Source of the DNA: an uncultured Chloroflexia bacterium
GTDB lineage: Bacteria; Chloroflexota; Limnocylindria; Limnocylindrales; CSP1-4
DNA length: 64,000 nt
Direction: 5' to 3'
Assembly (NCBI GenBank): GCA_963712745.1
Contig: CAVQJC010000005.1
Location: forward strand, 256,001 to 320,000
Of this stretch, positions 58,446-64,000 are shown piece by piece (position 1 is the first letter of the stretch; each line of letters starts with the position of its first letter). The notes below the pieces were generated by a model, which saw only the letters and a list, made by a program, of their open reading frames with translations, ran no database searches and was not told the origin of the DNA. Position numbers and translations under genes: made by a program.

Positions 58446-59779
58446 GGGGCCGGCTGACTCGCTTCGATCTGGTCACAGACGTCGGCCATCTGATCGACGC
58501 TTCCCTGACCCAGCGTGAGGATGCTGTCCCAGGCCGCGTAGGCAAGCGGTATCGCGTCGGCCATGTTGGGGAACACCTCGGCTGTCACGGAATAGCCCTT
58601 GACATGACCATCGGCAAAGGCTGCGATGTCCATCTCGGCGGCGGCTGCGGGGTACTGCTCGCGGACCATGTCCACCCAGTCATCGACCAGGGACGCCCTC
58701 GCCGGCTGCAGGAAGTTGGCGCGGGCCATGGCCAGAGCGTACTCGTCGCTGATGAGGAACTTCAGCAGCTGCCACGCCTCCTCGGGATGCTGGGTCCCGG
58801 CATAGATGCCGAAGCCGTCGGTCGTGGCCAGGGTGACCCTGCCGGCCGGGCCTGCTGGCAGCGGTGCGACACCAACGCGGAACGGTGCCTTGGCCAGGAT
58901 GTCCTTCAGGGCCCACGAACCATCCTCCACGGTGGCCACCTTGCCCTGGATGAAGGCGTCACGGGTCGCCAGGTTCTGCACATCGAGCAACGTGGCCATG
59001 ACCTTGTCGTCCCACATCCGGGCACGCAGCCATTCCACGGCCGCCAGCGCGGGATCCTCATCGAGCGCACACGAAGTCGGATTCGAGGGATCGACGATGT
59101 TCCCACCCCAGGCGTTCACGTGAACCTGCACGCGATCCCAGGAGACATCGATCATGCCGCCCCAGGTGTCGGTCGCTCCGTCGCCGTCGTCGTCCAGCGT
59201 CAGCTGGCGCATCGCGTCGAGGTATTCGTCCTGGGTCCAGCTATCGTTCGGGTAGGGGATGCCCTGAGCGTCGAAGAGGTCCTTGTTGTAGTAGAGGGCC
59301 AGGGCGCCGTGGAACTTGGGCAGGCCGTACTGCACCCCATCTGGCGTAGCCAAGGCTTCGAATTGGGCGCGATCCCAGTCGCTCAGCAGTCCAGCATCGA
59401 GGTCGCGCTCGATGAAGGGGCGGAGATCGACCAGGTACCCCTCCTGAGCCCAGATCGGGAAGAATGTGCAGCACCCTTGCATGACGTCGGGGGCCGTACC
59501 GGCGCGCATCTCCTCGAGCATGGCCTCAGCGAGGTCGTCGGGGTCGGGGGTGTAGAAGACGATGATGTTGGGGTTGAAAGCGTAGAACCGGCTCAACATC
59601 TCTCGGGCCATCGGGGGGAACCAGTCGGTGCTCCAGTCCTGATAGGTAAGCGTCACTGGCGCCCTGGACGTCGGCTCACCGCTGTCGCTGCAGCCGGTCA
59701 GCGCGACGGCCACGATGAGGGCCAGCAGTAGACCGGGAAGTCGGCGACGTCTGGAGGGAGAGGCGGTGCCGATCGTCAT
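58442..59779 (-). CDS. Sugar-type ABC substrate-binding lipoprotein
   Basis: Lipobox ALTGC, AGTAPDV, LYYNKDLFD and HPEEAWQLLKFL. Confidence 0.88.
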   Translation of the reverse strand: MTIGTASPSRRRRLPGLLLALIVAVALTGCSDSGEPTSRAPVTLTYQDWSTDWFPPMAREMLSRFYAFNPNIIVFYTPDPDDLAEAMLEEMRAGTAPDVMQGCCTFFPIWAQEGYLVDLRPFIERDLDAGLLSDWDRAQFEALATPDGVQYGLPKFHGALALYYNKDLFDAQGIPYPNDSWTQDEYLDAMRQLTLDDDGDGATDTWGGMIDVSWDRVQVHVNAWGGNIVDPSNPTSCALDEDPALAAVEWLRARMWDDKVMATLLDVQNLATRDAFIQGKVATVEDGSWALKDILAKAPFRVGVAPLPAGPAGRVTLATTDGFGIYAGTQHPEEAWQLLKFLISDEYALAMARANFLQPARASLVDDWVDMVREQYPAAAAEMDIAAFADGHVKGYSVTAEVFPNMADAIPLAYAAWDSILTLGQGSVDQMADVCDQIEASQPAP

Positions 59780-59819
59780 GGCGGGACTGGCTTGGCCGTC
59801 ACCGTGGGCAGGACGCACG

Positions 59820-60240
59820 TCAATGCCCGATGTGCTTGACCATCGTCAGCACATTCGGCCCACCGGACGCCGCAGCCGTGGCGCGCGTCACCTCATCCAT
59901 CAGCTTGTGGATGAGAAGTACCCCCATGCCACCTTCGGCGCGCACCTCCACCGGCACGTCGACCGCCAGATACGCTGCGTCTGCCTCGAAGGACTGGCCC
60001 CAGTCGGTGAGCGTGATCCGAATATCGTCGCCCACGGCCTCCATCCGCACCTGGATGTCTCCCGCCCGACCACGCTGATAAGCGTGGCGCACGATGTTGG
60101 TCGAGGCCTCCTCGACCGCGAGGTCGATGTCGAACAGCACATCGTCGGCCAATCGCAGACGCTGACCCTCGCCCCGAACGAAGTCCGAGAATCCGACGCA
60201 CGTTCTCGATGGTGGCCGCCACCCGCAGCTCGTCCCGCAT
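59820..60240 (-). CDS. Anti-sigma factor kinase (RsbW-like), frameshift near 60189
   Basis: MRDELRVAATIENVRRI joins SDFVRGEGQRLRLADDVLFDIDLAVEEASTNIVRHAY...DWG...GGMGVLLIHKLMD. Confidence 0.85.
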
Positions 60241-60265
60241 GATCAGGCGCGATCCGGGGTCAGGG

Positions 60266-60616
60266 CTAGGACGTGGCGCCGGTCGAGAAGTCGGCGATGG
60301 CAGCCTCAGGCGTGTCGGTGACCGACATCAGGAGGTCGAAGCCGATGATCTTGAAGACGCGGGTCACGCGTTCGTTCAGCGCGGCAAGCTTCATGTCGCC
60401 CCCCTCGTCCCGACACTTGACGAGCACAGCGGCGAGGGAGCGGAGTCCAGCACTGCTGATGTACTCCACCTTGGACATGTCCACGACGATCCTGCTGTGG
60501 CCTTCCGCCACGGCGGTCTGCAAGACCTGATCCAACTGCTCGGCAGCCTCCGTGTCGATCCGACCGTCCGGCTGGACCAAGGTGACACCGTCCTCGATTC
60601 GTTGCGTGATCTCCAT
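60266..60616 (-). CDS. STAS anti-sigma factor antagonist (RsbV-like)
   Basis: GRID and VVDMSKVEYISSAGL, containing the phosphoacceptor Ser. Confidence 0.92.
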   Translation of the reverse strand: MEITQRIEDGVTLVQPDGRIDTEAAEQLDQVLQTAVAEGHSRIVVDMSKVEYISSAGLRSLAAVLVKCRDEGGDMKLAALNERVTRVFKIIGFDLLMSVTDTPEAAIADFSTGATS

Positions 60617-60629
60617 CGGTTCCCGCCTC

Positions 60630-61340
60630 CTAGTGTCTGCTGGCCAGTCGAGCGTCGACCTCCCCGGCGCTCACAAGAAGTCCGTCGCGCACCTCTTCGA
60701 CGCGCGGGATGCGGCCGGCGAGCTCGCGGTCGTGCGTGACCATGACGATGGTCTTGCCCTGCTCCACCAATTCGCCGAAGAGCTCGAAGACCAGACCGGC
60801 TGACACCGTGTCCAGGTTGCCGGTCGGTTCATCGCCGACGATCAGGTCGGGGTCGTTGACCAGGGCCCGCGCGATGGCCGAGCGCTGCTGCTGGCCGCCC
60901 GAGATCTGGCTGGGGTACTTGTCCGCGGTCTCGGGCACTTCGACGAGCTTGAGCACTTCCATGGCTCGCTCCCGGCGCTGCCCCTCGTAGGTGCCGCAGT
61001 ACTGCATCGGCAGCATCACGTTCTCGAGTACGGTCAGGGTCGGCATCAGCTGGAAGAACTGGAACACGACGCCCACGTTCTTGCCGCGCCACTTGGCGAC
61101 CTTGTTCTCGCTCAGCTCTGTCAAGCGTTCGCCGGCCACGTGGACCTCACCTGCCGTGGGACGATCGATGCCGGTCATCATGTTGATGAGCGTGCTCTTG
61201 CCACTCCCCGATGGCCCGACGACCGCAACGAACTCACGAGGCTGGATCTCCAGGTCGACGCCTCGAAGCGCGGTGAATGGGCCCGCCTTCGTCTTGAAGA
61301 CCTTGCGCACCCCTTCGAGGCTGACAAGGGCATCGTTCAT
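60630..61340 (-). CDS. ABC transporter ATPase (LolD/MacB-like)
   Basis: [23 protein letters not shown] and DEPTGNLD. Confidence 0.92.
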   Translation of the reverse strand: MNDALVSLEGVRKVFKTKAGPFTALRGVDLEIQPREFVAVVGPSGSGKSTLINMMTGIDRPTAGEVHVAGERLTELSENKVAKWRGKNVGVVFQFFQLMPTLTVLENVMLPMQYCGTYEGQRRERAMEVLKLVEVPETADKYPSQISGGQQQRSAIARALVNDPDLIVGDEPTGNLDTVSAGLVFELFGELVEQGKTIVMVTHDRELAGRIPRVEEVRDGLLVSAGEVDARLASRH

Positions 61341-61359
61341 CTCTCGTCCTTCTTCGTGC

Positions 61360-63787
61360 TCACTGATACCTGAGGATCTCTGACACTGTCTTGCGCGCAG
61401 CGCTCAGGGAAGGTCCGAGGCTGGCGAGGACGGTGATCACGACCATGCCGATGAGGCCGATCCAGAGGGCGATCGGGTCGAAGCCGATACCCTCTATCCC
61501 GATCTCCATGCTCTCGAGCAGCGCCCCGGCGATGAGGTAGCTCAAGGGCACGGCCACGAGCCAGGCCGACAGGCCCACCAGTATGCCCTCCGTCAGGAAC
61601 TGACTGGCGATGGTGAGCGAGCCGGCACCGATGGAGCGCATGATGCCGATCTCCCTCAGCCGTTCGAAGACACTCATCGAGAGCGTGGACAGCAGGCCGA
61701 TCGCGCCGATGATGGCCATCACGATCGCGGCGATCTGGAAGATGGCGCCGAACATCGTGATCATCTGGGCGATGTCCTCGGCGAACTTGACCTGGTTGAC
61801 CTGGCTGGAAACGATCCCGTCGGCCAGCAGGACCTCGTCAAGCTCGCTGATGACCTCGTCGACCTCTGCGACGGTGGGGTCCGGGTCTGACAGTCGGATC
61901 ATCAGCGTGGTGGGAACCGGCTTGCCTTGCGCGTCGACCGACCCGACCAGCTCAGCCAGTTCCTGCCACTCCATGAACCCTTGGTCGACGAGGAATGACG
62001 CGATACCGATGATCTCGACGTCGACACGCTGTCCCTGGGCCACCAGCGTGACGGTGTCGCCGACGGTCTTGCCCAAGTTATCAGCAACACCTTGGGTCAA
62101 GACGAGACCTGAGCGTACCGGGTCGTCCTGCCATGCCCTGCCAGCCTTGATATCGAGTCTCATCGAGTCGGCCGCGGGGGCCAGCCCAGTCATCTGCAGC
62201 TGGCGCGTGCCGGTGTCTGGAGAGACATAGTCCTCGAGTTCGACGGACAGACCGATGCCCGGGTCCACCGCCTCGATCCGAGGGACTCCATCGAGGACCA
62301 GAGCGCGCACGTGATCGAAGTCCTGTCGCTCGTTCGGGATGACAGTGATCTGGGCGTTGAAGGTATCGAATATCTCGCCGATCTTGTCATTGATCGAGAC
62401 GAACATCCCGAAGATGCCCATGAACGCCGCGGCGGCCAGCGTCAGCGTCAGCCACGTCAGCGCCAGCCGGCCCTTCTTGCGCAGCACGTTGGTGACGGCT
62501 TGCCTGGAATTCGTGGGCAGCGGCACGGACTTGAAGGCGCGGGACCAGCGGCTGGTGCCGTAATCGGCCGAGATGCCCACGTCGGTCATCGCCTGCAGGA
62601 TGGTCACACGAGTTCCGAGGAACACGGGCACGATCGCCGCCAGGAAGGGGATGGCCAGCCCCATCACGAGCCCGACGACGATGGCAACCTGAGAAAGGGC
62701 GAACCCGTCGATATAGGTCAGCATCACCTCATCGATGCCCTGGGCCATGAGGACGCCCAGATAGGAACCAAGGAGTACGCCCGGGATCGCCCCCATCACG
62801 CCGAAGGTGATGGCGATGCCGGCGTAGATGACGAAGTTGTCCCAGCGCGTCGCGCCGAGTGACTTCATCACGCCGATCTGCCGCTTGTCCTCCCCCACGA
62901 TGCTGTTGATGACGTTCAGCACGAGCAGACCGGCAACGATCATGGCGATGATCCCGAGCATGCTGAGCATGCTGGTCATCTCCTCGGTCTGGGTGATGTA
63001 GAAGCTCTCCGTAGGATCGTCGGTGTAGCTGTATACCGCGATGTAGGGCGTCTCCTGGGCGATGGTGGCGTACAGGCCGTCAGCCTGCGCCTGGGCTGTG
63101 GGGTAATCGGTGTAGCGGGCATACAGCGTGCTGAACCCCACGAACCCGCCCAGCGTCTGCGCATCATCGAACGCCGCGAACAGGCTGGCGTCACTGGGGA
63201 CCGGCATTCCCATGCTGCCGTACGAGGCGTAGGGCATGAACATGAGCCCGGTGATGGTCCAGGGTTCTCCCTCAGCGTCACCGCCAGCGGAGCGCAGCAC
63301 GATCTGGTCGCCGACTCTCATCCCGTGCTTGTCCGCCATCCGCTTCTCGACGGCGATCTCGTGCTGGCCGGCGATCGGGTAGCGGCCATCGCCGACGAGC
63401 CGCATCGGCTGGATCGGCGATCTCGTCGAATGGCTCCCAGGCAGCAAGGATGAAGGCGTCCCCGAACTCATCGTCGCCGGGCAGCTTCCACGACAACGGC
63501 TGCACGGCTCGCCCTTCCACGCGTGTGACGCCAGGTACCTCTTGCAGCGCGCCCAGGTAGGCTTCGTTATCCAGCTCGGAACCACCTGGAGCTGATACGA
63601 AGACCGCCTGCATCGCCAGGTCCTCTTCCCTGAGGTCCTGCTTCAGCTGGCTCGTGAGCAGGTCGCCCGCCGACAGGAGCGTCACCACGCCCAGGACTCC
63701 GACGAAGATGGCCGTGGAGGCCATGAGCGCGCGGCTCCTCCTCGCCCACACGTCGCGGAAGATCTTACGTAGACGAGATCCGATCAT
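61360..63787 (-). CDS. FtsX/MacB-type ABC permease with two permease halves, frameshift near 63415
   Basis: ORF 63278-63787 gives the N-terminus; it continues as IQPMRLVGDGRYP in ORF 61360, with QIGVMKSLGA and EREIGIMRSIGA-type motifs. Confidence 0.85.
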
Positions 63788-63800
63788 GCGTCTGCCCCGC

Positions 63801-64000
63801 CTACAGGCTCGCCAGCCGCGCGGCTTGCCGCTCTCGCGTCCGACGCTTGGCGGCCGCCTCCAGCGGCGTGGAATCGATCAGCCCATCGCTGATCTTCAGC
63901 ACCATGGGCACGTCCTGGACGACCTCTCGATCGTGCGTGACGATGACCACCGTCTGACCCTGATCCATCAACTCGTAGAAGGTCTCGAAGACGACGGCGG
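63801..64000 (-). CDS. ABC transporter ATPase, 3' part only
   Basis: ...VVFETFYELMDQGQTVVIVTHDREVVQDVPMVLKISDG...ARLASL*. Confidence 0.8.
   Translation of the reverse strand, partial: AVVFETFYELMDQGQTVVIVTHDREVVQDVPMVLKISDGLIDSTPLEAAAKRRTRERQAARLASL

Overview
High-GC bacterial chromosome segment; the gene complement suggests Chloroflexota, but that is an inference. The left ~39.8 kb is mostly housekeeping and metabolic: J-domain protein, DmpA peptidase, GuaB-like, threonine dehydratase, GGDEF and degenerate EAL proteins, a pdxS-pdxT-GNAT-Ycf45/R3H-tmk run, HNH, CCA enzyme, galE, a ligase-like protein lacking the catalytic Lys, a glucosylglycerate-type cluster (GT2, USP-USP-GpgS, glycerate kinase), nth, aspC, murQ and TspO-like remnants, and a polyamine ABC/aldehyde dehydrogenase operon. 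tRNA-Thr(CGT) at 39866-39940 starts an accessory region. The 3' half of this tRNA recurs almost intact at 48677 and 53567 and in decayed form at ~40630 and ~48550. Paired GACCCCT arm-like repeats and an eroded tyrosine-integrase remnant are present, but no intact integrase. The cargo is vapBC; a two-component system with a NrfC/NrfD-like redox module that has no recognisable catalytic subunit but two uncharacterised exported proteins; IS630 and restriction-modification remnants; an exported repeat protein; and an LLM oxidoreductase. After the last att copy come a HIRAN-BRCT protein, an orphan PhnD-like protein and an ABC exporter-STAS-RsbW-SBP-Cache/HAMP/PP2C operon. Several single-base frameshifts in otherwise intact genes look like assembly errors. 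All calls come from motif recognition by eye; no database searches were run.
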